Below, piece by piece: positions 11,681 through 25,061 of a DNA stretch of 64,000 bases. How positions within the stretch are numbered: the stretch's first letter is position 1; the number at the start of each line of letters is the position of its first letter. Under the pieces are notes generated by a model, which searched no databases, was not told where the DNA came from, and saw only the letters and a program-made list of their open reading frames with translations. Position numbers and translations under genes: made by a program. The stretch is from Octopus sinensis. Its lineage: Eukaryota. The DNA is taken from positions 125,922,001 through 125,986,000 of the forward strand of contig NC_042999.1 of assembly GCF_006345805.1 (NCBI RefSeq), read 5' to 3'.

Positions 11681-12053
11681 TCTTTTACTTTTCAGTCATT
11701 CGACTGCGGTCATGCTGGTGCACCGCCTTGAAGAATTTTAGTCGAACTTATCGACTACAGTACTTATTTTTTTTGTAAAGCCTGGTACTTATTATATCGG
11801 GGTCTTTTGCCGAACCTCTAAGTTACGGGGACGTAAATGCACCAACACCGGTCGTCAAGCGGTAGTGGGGGACAAACACACACACACACACATGCACACT
11901 CACACACAAAGGTACACATATATGACGGGCTTCTTTCAGTTTCCATCAACTGAATCCACTCACAAGGCTTTAGTCAACCCGAAGCTATAGTAGAAGACAC
12001 TCGCTCTAGGTGCCACGCAGTGGGCCTGAACCCGAAACCATGTTGTTGGGAAG
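11681..12053 (-). mobile_element. SINE family A, near full length
   Basis: 3' hairpin CAGTC-ATTC-GACTG at 11693-11706, central (CA)n, and head AGTGGGCCTGAACCC. Confidence 0.8.
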
Positions 12054-12476
12054 ATAGAGATATAACCCAACGTAATTTATCATAAAGCACATCAACGTAG
12101 TCCATTTCTCTAAAGTATATCCGTAGTTGTTATGATCCATTTGAGAGTTGAAAACACTGGAGAATACTGTAAACACTGGAAAGTATTTTTTGCAGAGTAA
12201 TTACATATTAAAACAGAAAACTTGAAAATTTTAATTTTATTTATTCTGTATCACATATATTTCTTTACCAACAGCAGTTACATCTGTGTACACTTGGAAA
12301 AACATAGTAAATCTCCTATTAGCAATTCATCAAGTACAGAATTAAAATACTACAAGCTTACATTTTTCACATGTATACAGATGTAATTCGTAAAGAAACA
12401 TATGTGATATGAAATATATAATACAGACAATTTTCCAGTTTTCTATTTTATTATGTGTGTGTGTGTGTGTGTGTGT

Positions 12477-12696
12477 GAAGGCGGCGAGCTGGCAGAGTCG
12501 TTAGCACGCTGGACGAAATGCTTAGTGGTATTTCGCCCGTCGCTACATTTTGAGTTTAAATTTCGCAGAGGTCGACTTTGCCTTTCATTCTTTCAGGGTC
12601 GATAAATTAAGTACCACTGAAATTCTGGGGTCTATGTAATCGACTAGCCCCCTCCCCCAATACTTCAGGCCTTGTGACTATAGTAGAAAGGATTAT
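12477..12696 (+). mobile_element. SINE family B, full length
   Basis: GAAGGCGGCGAGCTGGCAGAGTCGTTAGCAC...GAGTTTAAATTTCG...ATAGTAGAAAGGATTA. Confidence 0.8.
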
Positions 12697-14347
12697 ATGT
12701 GTGTGTGAGTGTATATATATGTGTGTATAGTTATATGTGTGTATATATACAGGGAGAGAGAGAGAGAGAGGGGGGAGGGAGAGAGAGAATATGAGGGGTT
12801 TAGTTCACTGGTGATCTGAACCAATAGGTATGCGGCAAGCTCACAGCTGAGATTGGAGCGAGGGATCCGTGGTAGGTTTCCGAGTCAGCAGGTATATATT
12901 AAAGGGAAAGGAAACAAAACCAAAGCAGGACGAGTATCTCAGCTCATTTAGAATATTTAATTAGTGTAAGGTAAATCAAAACAAGGAGAAGTAGAAATAA
13001 TTAGAAGTAATTATGGTCCAGTTCTCCAACCTGGATTCAGAAATGAGATTGTATTCCTATAGTCGCATTCTGTATGTCACCAGCGAATTGAAACAAACAA
13101 CGACGCATATAGAAAATCATAAGATAGCCATAAGGTCCAGAAGACTTACAAGATAAGAACAGGCGATTAAGAGGTCATGTTGGCTTTACGAAAGACACTT
13201 CTCAGTCATCTGTCGTATTACTCTCCGTGATGGTCACGCCAAAGTGTCAAGATGATTACAGAACTTGAAGTAATCCTATAATTCTACAGCAAGAAATATT
13301 ACCTTTTAGCAGCAGATAAGTAACAGGGAGAGACTGCAAACATTAAAATTGTACTTTCTGGGGTGATGAATGGAAATATATACAGTAAAATATATCTATA
13401 GCATCTGCAAAAAATTGACAGCATCTTCAAAGAATTGACAACAACCTGTCATTGAAAAGTACGAGGCGCCTTTGGACAGAGCCACAAGTAGCATGCAACA
13501 TTAAGACTACTTGCAGAAATAGCTGGGGTTGAAAGACCTCAGCCTTTTTTTAATATCCGAAAAACACAAGAGTCTACTGAGACTAGATGTCAATACATTC
13601 AGGCACCATTTTTGAAATCACTGTGTAAAACGAGTCAACGAGGGAGCCTCTATGTGGTGGTTTGATCAGCTAGCAGTAACACACACACACACACGCGCGC
13701 GCGCACACACACACGCGCACAAACACACACACACACACACAAGCACGTATATACGACGGGCTTCTTTCAGTTTCCATCTACTGAATACACTCACGAAGGT
13801 ATTGTAGAATACGTAGTGGGACCGAGCCTTCAAAACAATTGTAATCATTTTAAAAATCGGAGAGCACATTGTAGTTGAAGATAAATTATTTAGAAATAAG
13901 AAGGGATGGTCATGGCCGTAAGTCTTCGATCATAGATCATCTAGATGAGATTTGATTTAAATGTCAAGTATTGTGTAAGTTTCCGGATGAACCTACATCA
14001 CAGGAACGGTTTCAACCACCCCTTTTACCAAATATCAACTACAGAACGTGGACTGCAACAGCAATGATGGCGCAGCCCTAGCAAACCCAAAGTTGGAATC
14101 CTAATGTTGCTGCCATCAATAATATATATATATATATCGTTGGTATTATGCAAAAGTGTCGTAAATACAGAAAACGAAAAAATAGTTTCACCACTTCATA
14201 GTAAAACCATTGTATTACACTTTGACATCTGAAGCAGCTGGAGATATGATAGATTGACCAAAAGAACCAGCTATTGCAAGCAAAAATAAATATTGAAAAA
14301 TCGCATTTGGCTAAATTTGGATATACGACAGTTTAACATAAAAGCAA

Positions 14348-14383
<36 letters not shown>

Positions 14384-14399
14384 TTGCTTTTATGTTATA

Positions 14400-14565
14400 T
14401 ATACAAAAGACGAAGACAGGTGGTGTAGACAATAAACAGATGTATTAGTATAACGCTTGGGAAGTGAAAAAGTCTTTAACGTTTCGAGCCTACGCTCTTC
14501 CACAGAAAGGAACACAGAAAGAAAGAAGAAGAGAAAATAAAGAATGTGTAGTGGTTAGCGATCTA
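14400..14565 (-). mobile_element. Short hammerhead-bearing Penelope-like repeat, family B
   Basis: 14474-14509(-) reads CTTT-CTGTGGA-A-GAGC GTAG GCTC-GAAAC-GTT-AAAG. Homologous to 29910-30082(-) and 35277-35375(+). Confidence 0.55.
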
Positions 14566-15150
14566 TGTATGTATATTTATGCATACACATACACACAGAC
14601 ATATTTACATATATACATTCACACGCACGTATTTTTCTTTCCTCCCTCTGTGTGTGTGTATAAATGTATTTGTATGTATGTATATATACGTGTGTGTGTG
14701 ATTGTGCTTGATTTTGTGTGATATCATGTGTATGTGTGTATGTATGTATTCGTATGTGCGTAATATTGTATGTATGTAGGATTCAGTAGTTCGAATTACC
14801 TTCTCTTGAATTGTTGAATGAAGTAATTGACTGAGCCTTCCAGAGGCTGAGGTATCCTCAACGTAATTCTGAGGAAGAATCAGCATGGAATAGTGTGTTG
14901 ACATGGTGCCTTTTGAATTATAGGAACAATCCAATAGACGAGTTTCAGTACAGTCTCTGTTCGTTCAGTTCCACTCACAAGGTATGAGATGATCTGAAGT
15001 CCTAGAGAATGACACGGTGCAAAACGGAGTCGAAAACGAAATTTAATTAATGCTAATCAAACTGCTTAATCATGTGACCATGCTACTCCTTTATATATAT
15101 TTATGCGTGTGTATGTGTGTGTGTGTGCGTATGCCTGTGTGTATGTGTGC

Positions 15151-15237
<87 letters not shown>

Positions 15238-15499
15238 TATATATATTATATATATATATATATTATATATACATAGATACATGCATATACACATTCGCAT
15301 ACTCACTCGCGCACACATTATTTACAACCACTATCTGATAAAGAACGCGGGACATTAAAATGCCCAGAATTAGTATTTACACGCATATATACGTATATAT
15401 CGATATATCTTTATGCTTTTATGCGTGTGTGTGTATGTGTAAGTGTGTGTGTACGTGTGTGCGTGCGTGTGTGTGCGTGTGTGCGTATGTATGTATTTA

Positions 15500-15547
15500 T
15501 ATATCATCAAATGTACGTGTGCGTGTGTCTGTGTATATCTATCTATC

Positions 15548-15597
<50 letters not shown>

Positions 15598-15642
15598 ATC
15601 TATCTATCTATCTCTATCTATCTATCTATCTATCTATCTGTC

Positions 15643-15674
<32 letters not shown>

Positions 15675-15731
15675 TCTATCTAATCTATCTATCTATCTAT
15701 CTATCTCTCTCTCTGTCTGTCTATCTATCTA

Positions 15732-15779
<48 letters not shown>

Positions 15780-15810
15780 TCTATCATCTATCTATCTATC
15801 TATCTAGCTA
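15500..15810. repeat. (TATC)n/(TGTC)n microsatellite
   Basis: Directly visible. Confidence 0.95.
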
Positions 15811-17021
15811 TCTATATGCATGTGTGCGTGTCTCGCTTTCCGTATACTCGTTTTTCCCTCTCTCTCTTTTCCTCTTCCGCTCCCTCCATCTCTCTCTCTT
15901 TATCCCTTTCACTCTCCATCGCTCTCCATCTCACTGTGTCTTTCCCATTCGAATTTATTTGCATTTGCTTGTCCTGTTTCGTTTTCGCTTTCCTTTCATC
16001 TCTTTTTCTCCCGATCTCATTTCCTGCGCCTCATCGTTGTTTCACCAAGAACGAGCGAACAAAACATCTCGTGATTGTATCCTACTGTCTTAAAAACAAA
16101 GGAAGATATTTGTCGATTGTTTGTCCCAGAAACATACATACAGACAAAAAAAAAAATGAAAAAATACTATTAAGCTGTCTTGGGGGTTTAAAATACAGAA
16201 CAACCCTAGATCCACAACTCTTACCACAAGGTAAGAGTTGTAGATCTCTTACCACAACTCTTACCTTGTCACTTAATCTCTCTCTCTCTCTCACACACGT
16301 ACATGCACACGCGTGCGCGCGCACACACATGCATATGCACACAATAGTATCAGAAACTCAACCCTATATATGCGACTCTCGACTGCCGCTCTGTAAAATT
16401 TCTTATAACAGAAAGTTAGGCGTTTTAGCCACGCCTACAATATGGGAGGAGCTTTTTTAAAAAACTTAATTTTTTTCCATCCCCCAACTTTTCTACTATG
16501 ACAATATTTTTTGTAGGCGGAGCCACGTTGTTACATTAATAATACACGTGGTCATTCACTATAGTAGTGTGGGGTGGGCTTTAGAGCACAAAAGTAGTAG
16601 TAACTCCTCCTTCATTCCGCAATAGAATAGACCACACCCACATTTTCTCCACGTTTTGTTTTCATTCTCGAAAACGAAAAGGAAAGAAAAACAACAAAAA
16701 CATCTGTATTTATTTATGAATATCAAATATAATAGAAATGTATCTCATTTATAGGTGCAGTATTTATCTATTGATAATTTAGATTATAGGCTTGGAGAAG
16801 GCGTTAGGATGGGGCAGAAATTATTGAGTACACCGAAGTGGTTTAATGCGTAGCGATTATTTTGGTTACGTTGTTTGGTGCGCTGCGTTCAAATTCCGAT
16901 TTAGTCGATATTATTATTATTTTTCAGTTCTGGGCGTATTACTTGTTAACTATTCCAATCCATTACGCAGGTTTCTGGTAAAAATTTCAGTCTTGTGTCT
17001 GATAATGTCAGAAATATCAAT

Positions 17022-17450
17022 GAGGCGGCAAGCTGGCAGAAAAACGTTAGCACGCCGAACGAAATGCGTAGTCGTATTTCGTCTGTCGTTACATTCCGAG
17101 TTCAAATTCCGCCGAGGTCGACTTTGACTTTCATCCTTTTCGGGGTCGATAAATTAAGTACCAGTTTCGTACTGAGGTTGATATAATCGACTTAATCCGT
17201 CTGTCTGTCCTTGTTTGTCTCCTCTGTGTTTAGCCCCTTGTGGGTAGTAAAGAAATAGGTATTTCGTCTGCCGCTACGTTCTGAGTTCAAATTCCGCCGA
17301 GGTCGTCTTTGCCTTTCATCCTTTCGGGGTCGATAAATTAAGTACCGGTTACACACTGGGGTTGATGTAATCGACTTAATCTCCCTATGCCTGTCCTTGT
17401 TTGTCCCCTGTATGTTTAGCCCCTTGTGGGCAACAAAGAAATAAGAAATA
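17022..17450 (+). mobile_element. SINE family B long-tail subfamily, head-to-tail dimer
   Basis: The second unit starts internally at GTATTTCGTCTGCCGCTACGTTCTGAG (about 17259), directly after the first unit's tail AAAGAAATAG. Confidence 0.8.
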
Positions 17451-17464
17451 TCAATGATATTGAT

Positions 17465-17498
<34 letters not shown>

Positions 17499-17890
17499 AA
17501 TAATGATGATGTTAGCCTATCATCACTATCACGCTCATCAACGCATCGTCGGCGTTGTTGCAGTCGTCGTCGTCCTCATCGCCGCCTCGATCGCCGCCAT
17601 CACGCTGCCGCCGCCGCCGCCGCCGCCGCCGCCACCGCCACCACCACCACCACCACCACCACCACCACATCATCGCCACCATCATCATCGCCGTCATCAA
17701 TTATGTTTTTTTTAGATGATACTCATAAAGCGGGACAGTTTTTTCTTTGCGGGGCATCACATTTTACTCCATACCCAACCTTATCCTTAACCAACTTCCT
17801 TCAAAGACCAATACCAAAAAAAAAAAAAATTGTCCCTAATCTTGACAAAAGGTCACTTATTTAGTGAATTAAGATGGATTACAATCGATT

Positions 17891-18308
17891 ACTCTTTTAC
17901 TTGTTTCAGTCATTTTACTGCGGCCATGCTGGAGCACCACCTTTAGTCGAGCAAATCGACCCCAGGGCTTATTCTTTGTAAGCCTAGTACTTATTCTTTC
18001 GGTCTCTTTTGCCGAACCGCCGAGTTACGGGGACGTAAACACACCAGCATCGGTTGTCAAGCGATGTTGGGGGGGGGGGACAAAGGCAGACACACAAACA
18101 CACACACACACACACTCACACACACACACACACATTCACTCACACACACACACACACACACATATATACATATACATATACGACGGGCTTCTTTCAGTTT
18201 CCATCTACCAAATCCACTCACAAGGCTTGCCCAAGGTGCCACGCAGTGGGACTGAACCTGGAGCCATGTCGTTGGTAAGCAAGCTACTTACCACAAAGCC
18301 ACTTCTGC
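17891..18308 (-). mobile_element. SINE family A with internal deletion
   Basis: 3' end TTGTTTCAGTCATTTTACTGCGGCCATGCTGGAGCACC and head AGTGGGACTGAACC...CTTACCACAAAGCC. Confidence 0.8.
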
Positions 18309-18413
18309 GATTGAATATACTGTTATTTAACGTGCTGTTTCCTAATTATTTCATCGATCTCGGTCATAGTGAAAAGCTAAGTCAACATCGGCGATATTTG
18401 AACAACAACAACA

Positions 18414-18481
<68 letters not shown>

Positions 18482-18866
18482 CACTGCTGCTGCTGTTGTT
18501 ACTGCTGCTGCTGCTAATGATGATGATGATGATGTTACTGATGTTGCTACGTTATCTCGTGGTTTCTTACATTAGGTTGACAATTGGTTATGGATTTTTA
18601 AAATCGATTGTATTGACTCAAGTAGACTAATGGTTCTTAAACGATTCAACGGCGAAACCGATCGACTACAAGAAATAGTGGCCATATCTTACTCAAATTC
18701 CACCTAGTCGCTTTAAAAACGAACTGACAACAATTAAATTAGTAAAAGATATACTATAATCTGGAATGTCTTTGATAACAACTCCGACAGATCATGGGTG
18801 ACATGAGGTTAAATAACAACAAAAAACAACATTATCGACACCACCGCCATCACCTCAAAGAAGAAG

Positions 18867-19287
18867 AACAACAACCACAACAACAGATACTTATTTTTTT
18901 AGACCAGTGCTCCGCAATCTCTATGCCGTGGAACACTGTGTGCCACGAGGCGATGCTAGGTGTATCACAGTGTAACCTGAATATAATTTTCCCCCTATAC
19001 TTTTAGTTATATTTTTTAGTACAGCAGTGCCACCGATTTTGAAAAGAATGTAAACAACAACCACAACAACAGATACTTATTTTTTTAGACCAGTGCTCCG
19101 CAATCTCTATGCCGTGGAACACTGTGTGCCACGAGACAATGCTAGGTGTATCACAGTGTAACCTGAATATAATTTTCCCCCTATACTTTTAGTTATAATT
19201 TTTAGTACAGCAGTGCCACCGATTTTGAAAAGAATGTAACTGTACGCAAGTAAAAAAAAAAAAAGGCTGCGGAGCACCGTTTTAGAC
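18867..19287. mobile_element. hAT (Charlie-like) MITE at 19091-19279 with 8-bp TSD, preceded by a 186-bp tandem duplication of its left end and flank
   Basis: TIRs are CAGTGCTCCGCA and TGCGGAGCACCG. TSD TTTTAGAC occurs at 19083-19090 and 19280-19287, and also at 18897-18904. Near-identical units are 18867-19052 and 19053-19238. Confidence 0.8.
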
Positions 19288-19596
19288 GTCAAAAGCAAAG
19301 ATGAACCTGGCGGGATTCGAAATCAGAATATAAAGGGACATAACTCAACACTGCAAACACAAGGTTGAAGAGGTGACGTGTATAACAAGGAATATAGCGT
19401 TTTGGGGTGCTGTCTCTGAAAACTGCACATTCAGTAAATATTTATTTGGACATTTCACACCATCTCAGGAACAAAACACTCCAGAAAAAGTGGAATTTCA
19501 AAAGAAATTGTGTATTTTAAGGTTATCTATAAATTTCCAACCATCTTCACTGTTTTTCAAAATACCTGTTAAGTTTTCACGAGTACAGTAGTTATT

Positions 19597-20195
19597 AAGG
19601 CGGCGAAATGGCAAGATCGTTTCTGCGCCGGGCAAAGGGGTTAGCGGCGTTTCGTCCGTCTTTGCATTCTGAGTTCAAATTCTACCTTTCATCTTTTCGG
19701 GGTCGATGAAATATGCATCGGTTGAAAATTGGGTCCAATGTAATCGACTAGCTCCTCCCACAAAATTCCAAGCCATTCGCCCATAGCAGAAAGAATTATT
19801 AACACATAAGACGATAAACTGGCAGAGTCGTTAGCACGCCGGACAAAATGGTTATCAGCATTTCTTCTGTCTTTATGCTTTGGGTTCAAATTCTGCCGAG
19901 ACTGACTTTGCCTTTCATCCTTTCGGGGTTGATAAAATAACTACTGGTTGATCAATGGTGGTCGAGATAATCAACGTAACCGTTTCTCCCGAAATATCTG
20001 GCTTTGTGCCAACATTCGGAACCATTATTAACAGTGCATTGAGGTGGCGAGCTGTTACCGATTGGGTAAAATGTTATGTCGCATATCTTTCGGCTTTAAG
20101 TTTCGCCGAGGTCGACTTTGCCGTTCATCTTTTCAGGGTCGATAAAATAAGTACAAGTTGAGCACTAGGGTAGAAGCAATCCCCCAAAAGGATTA
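19597..20195 (+). mobile_element. Three SINE family B copies head-to-tail
   Basis: Heads at about 19597, 19815 and 20040, each preceded or followed by ATTATTAA. Confidence 0.7.
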
Positions 20196-20951
20196 TTAAC
20201 ATAATATACTTTCATATTTCCCGCCGTGTATTTTAAATGCCACTGACTATTTTGTTTCCGTATAGTAGAGGTTTATGACTTCCGTTGTTTTCGGTTGCAG
20301 TTCTGAAAAGTAGAATCAGTAGAATGTGTGACAAAAACTTTGTGGTGTTTGATTACACTATTTTATATTCTTTCTGAGTTCAGATATCCTTGGATGAACT
20401 TTTAACCTCGACTGTGTAACAATTTAAATTTTTTTTTATCATTGGTTTGTAAGTGTTATTTCCTATTTACTTATGTCTAGAAATTAAAGGAAACGATCAC
20501 TGTTCCTTTCAAACTTTGCTTTTGTGATTTGGACATCAGTGTTTTGAAACTGACCTATTTTCCATTACATTTCAGACAGATTCAGCGCTGAGTTGCTGAA
20601 GCAGAAATATCGTTAAAGCAAATATTCTGCTCAATACCACAAATTTGCTTGTCAGTTGCTTGATCAACCACTTGAGCATGTTCCTTTGTGGTTGACAATA
20701 TGTGCATCTCTGATCATGATTAAGAGTAGTGGGAGAGCATCATAGCCATGTGTTGAGAGGGATTCTTTGGGGTTTGAATTTATGTAACAAAAACAAAGAA
20801 TGAAAGAAATATTAGTCATTTTTCATACTTTCTAAGAGTAAGCAAATAGGAAGTAACAGTTGCTACCCAAGGACAAAAATCGTGTTACACAGTGTAATGT
20901 TTGAAACGACCAACCATTATACAATGGCAATTCACCTTTCATTCACAACAG

Positions 20952-21039
20952 GGTACAGTTGTCGGAATGAGACAATTGTGCGTGGCTGTTTGAACGCTGA
21001 GGGTCTGGCACAGGTTACTGGAATAGTCAACCTCTTTTG
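20952..21039 (+). CDS. Candidate internal exon of an unidentified gene (xYSCRNETIVRGCLNAEGLAQVTGIVNLFx)
   Basis: Acceptor CCTTTCATTCACAACAG|G and donor TTG|GTGAGC. Only one frame is open (phase 1 to 2), in non-repetitive sequence. No homolog recognised. Confidence 0.3.
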
Positions 21040-21178
21040 GTGAGCGTACGTTTTATTGCTGGAGGAAAACACGTACACGCCCCACGCGGGCAGAAATGTA
21101 CAAATGCAGAGAAGGAGGAGGATAGAGACATTAAACATACATACATACATACAAGCATAACTAGATGTCCATACACGT

Positions 21179-21266
<88 letters not shown>

Positions 21267-21271
21267 GAGAG

Positions 21272-21314
<43 letters not shown>

Positions 21315-23008
21315 ACAGTGTAAGAGAGAGAGAGAGATTAAGATGAGAGAAACATTAAAGCCTCTGATGTCAAATAAGTTAGTATCGAATCAGCGACGCC
21401 AAATAGGTGGGGCTACAACAGCTCTGCCAAAACGTTTCATACCCTATAGTAGTAGTAGTAGTAGTGTAGTAGTAGTAGTAGTAGTAGTAGCTATTGTTGT
21501 TTAATTTCAGATCAAATCTGATTCAACAGACCTATGATCGAAGACATTTCTGCGGTGACTCACCCGTTTTTTTCTTATAGAGACGTATGATTGCCTTACC
21601 CGGAGTGTCTTTTCCATTTTTAAGAAAGTCGGATGTAATTTTAGCGTGATCCGGCTCCTATTCCTTGCCCATTGGCTCGAACAGGAATACATACCGTCAT
21701 TCATTAGTGGAACACTGGCATTGATGGCGGTGGTGACTACGTTGAGATGTAAGGATACGAACCTGTGATGTATAAGTTATAGTTAGGTGTACGATAGGTT
21801 TGACTGTGTTCCTTATCTCCCTTTTTTTATATAATAAAACACATTTCATTACTTTTTGATTCACCGTCGCACTTCCACCTGACATCTATTCATAGAGTCA
21901 AGAAACAGAGGGAAGACTTGGAAATTTTTAAATAACTTATTTTGTTGTACAAGTAACAATAATGAGGGAACTTCTATGTGGTCACTCGATCAGGTAGAAA
22001 TAAGAGCCAAATCTCTCACATATTATACGATATTCTCTTAAAAAAAAAAGGACAAACTGATCAGGCAAAAACACAGGATATGGTCATAACTGGGATGCCT
22101 TCGATCACAGATTTCTCTATCAGAGCAGATCTGTGTTCAGCAGCCACAGTTGCAAAATATTACAAGAGCCAACGTAAGACCCGTTTACGCGGTTGCTCGA
22201 CCTACTAGAAATAGAAGCCAAATCACATTCTATTATCTGAAACAAAACAAAAAAGTAAATAAAATCAAATAAAAGAGAATACATTCGAAAATGTATCTCA
22301 AAAAAAAAAAAAAATGTCGGGATTGTCTTTCCTGGAATGCCTTTGATCATAGGCATGCTCGATCGGGGTTGAATTGGAGCTAAATAATAACAGCAATAAC
22401 AACAAACAAGAAACACTATGACAACTACCGCCTTAACCGCCGCCTCCGCCGCCGCCACCAGCACCAGCACCACCAGCACCACCAGCACCACCACAACCAT
22501 CACCACCACCGCCACCGCCGTCACCACCACCACCACCACCACCACCACACCACCACTACTACTACTACTTCTACTACTACTACTACTACTACAAACATTT
22601 TCTAAATATCAATGAAATAAAAACATACAAAAACAACCACAATATCATCACAATCACCATCATCATCACCACCACCACCACCACCACCACTACCACCACC
22701 ACCACCACCACCACCACCACCACCATCATCATCATCAGCATCATCAACAACAACAACAACAAAAAGTACACACAATTTCAATGATCTAACAAAACTATCG
22801 TTTTAATCATTTGGCGAAAAAAAAGAAGATAAGTAAAAACGAAATAGAAAAAAATAAGCAACCACATTTTAAACTAGTTAATTCATTAAGCAAACCAAAT
22901 CAAGCATTCTCTGTCATCACTCTACATAACCGCGTTTAGAGAGTCATAACCATCCGAATAATAATAATAACAACAACAACAATAACAACAACAACAATAA
23001 TAATATTG

Positions 23009-23208
23009 GTTTCAAATTTTGTTACAAGGGCAGCCATTTTGGGGGAGGGGATATGTTGATTACATCGAGCTGGTACTTAATTTATTGACTCCGAAAAGAT
23101 GAAAGGCAAAGTTGACCTCGACGAAATTTGAACTCAGAACGTAGCGATGGACGAAATATAGCTAAGCATTTCGTACATCGTGCTAACGATTCTGCCAGCT
23201 CGCCACCT
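23009..23208 (-). mobile_element. SINE family B between AAT/AAC triplet tracts
   Basis: Reverse complement of the family B unit. Confidence 0.75.
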
Positions 23209-23211
23209 TTT

Positions 23212-23260
<49 letters not shown>

Positions 23261-23289
23261 TGGATGATGATGATGATGATGATGATAAT

Positions 23290-25024
23290 AAAGACATCCT
23301 TCAAATCGTTTAGAGTAATCATAGGCGAGATGGCGCCACCACCATGTTAATTCCAGTTGTGAATGTCCACGGCCACCTTCTTTTCTTGCCAAGTAAATTC
23401 GGTCAATATCTGCATTCTATGCATTGTCAACAATTTTCGTATTTTTCAGTCAAGATTACATATTTCAGTAATTGACCAGTTAATGATATTGATCGCTTCG
23501 ATCCTGTTTCTTGCATTCAGTTCTGTCTTGAGTATTGTCCTTACCCTGCAATATCATTCTCTTCTGATCCTTTCCCCCATCCCTGAATGTTTGATTCCGT
23601 CCCCTTCAAATACCCCTAGGTATTTGTAGCTCTCTGTTTGTTCTAACTCCTTTATGACATTCTGCTGGTCAAGATTAACGTTAGATGTTTTTGTCATTTT
23701 TCCTTTGATCAAGGTAGCTTTTGCACAATTTTCGAGGCCAAATTGAATCCCGATGTCATCACTGAATTGTTTAACAAAGCCCTATAGTTATTGGTCATTT
23801 TTTGCAAAGAGCTTTAAATCATCCATGTAAATGAGATGATTTATATTTTTATCAAACATTTTATAGCCGTATTGTACATTATCGAGCAATTTCGAGAGAG
23901 GTATTAAGGCTAAACAAAAGAGGAGTGGTGATAGAGAGGCATTTAGGAAAATGCCACATGAAATTCTGACATCTCCAGCATTGAGAGATTCATTGTCACT
24001 GTTCAAGGTCAGTGTGGTTCTCCATGATTTCATACTTACAGACAAAAAGATTCGCAGAGTAGGTGCTATTTTATATATTTGCAGACATTTCTTAATCCAG
24101 TTATGTGGTAGAATATCAAAAGCTTTTTTTATAGTCTATCCAGGCTATCGACAAGTTTTTGTGACGTTTGTAACAACCTTCCAAGGTCATCATATTGATG
24201 AGTAGCTGATCTTTACAACCATAAAACCCACGTTTACATCCTTTTTGCGCATTAGGGAATATGTCACTTTCTATTAGAAAACTATAGGTATATTTAGTCA
24301 AGACAGATGTTAGTATTTTATACATTATTGTTAAGCAGGTTATGGGTCTATAATTTTTTGGTTAATTTGTTTCTTCATTTTTGGCAAAATTTTTGTTAGC
24401 AGTTCATAACTCTCTAGGAAGGCTTTCAACCAGAAGTTAGGAATTTTATCCTTTACTAGAGACTTCCATTTGCTTGACTTCCTGAGAGAAGATCTTACAT
24501 CCTCTACCTTGATTCCTTCCCACCTTTGGTCTTCTAAGGAGTCTAAGTCTGCAGATATTCTATCAATCCAAGGGGTCTTTTCATTGTGTGTTTTTTCTTC
24601 TTCCCAAATTTTATTCCAAAATTCCTGCACTTCTTCTTTTGATGGAACAGACTTTACTGTAACTGGTATTTTCCCTATCTTCCCGTAAGAATTTTTTAGG
24701 TTATGTTTGAACGTATTGTTGTCCTCGAAGAATCTAATGCGCTTTTCATACCTTGATATGCGGGCGGCTTTAGCAGACATCTTTTGCTTGATAGTTTCTA
24801 TGGCGGTATCGATGTCAAGTATGATTTTTACATTATATATATTTTTTTAATTTTCATATTTTTGTTGGTTTGATAGTCTTGTCAAACTTTAGGTTTTTTA
24901 AACATTCTATGTCAGACATAAGTAGCTGAATTTGAATACGCTCTTGCAAAGTAGGCTTTTTGTGGGAATGTTGTCATTTTCTAATCTTTTCACCTCATAG
25001 AATCGTTGAGATAATAATAATAAT

Positions 25025-25061
<37 letters not shown>

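Noticed and set aside
12950-13650. Possible decayed LINE ORF1
   Set aside because: Only vague peptide resemblance, with stops in all frames and no diagnostic motif.
21685-21748. Exon-like segment EYIPSFISGTLALMAVVTTLR (also a 30-nt segment at 29066-29095)
   Set aside because: The splice signals are good, but the phases do not fit the neighbouring candidates. Such pseudo-exons are expected by chance.
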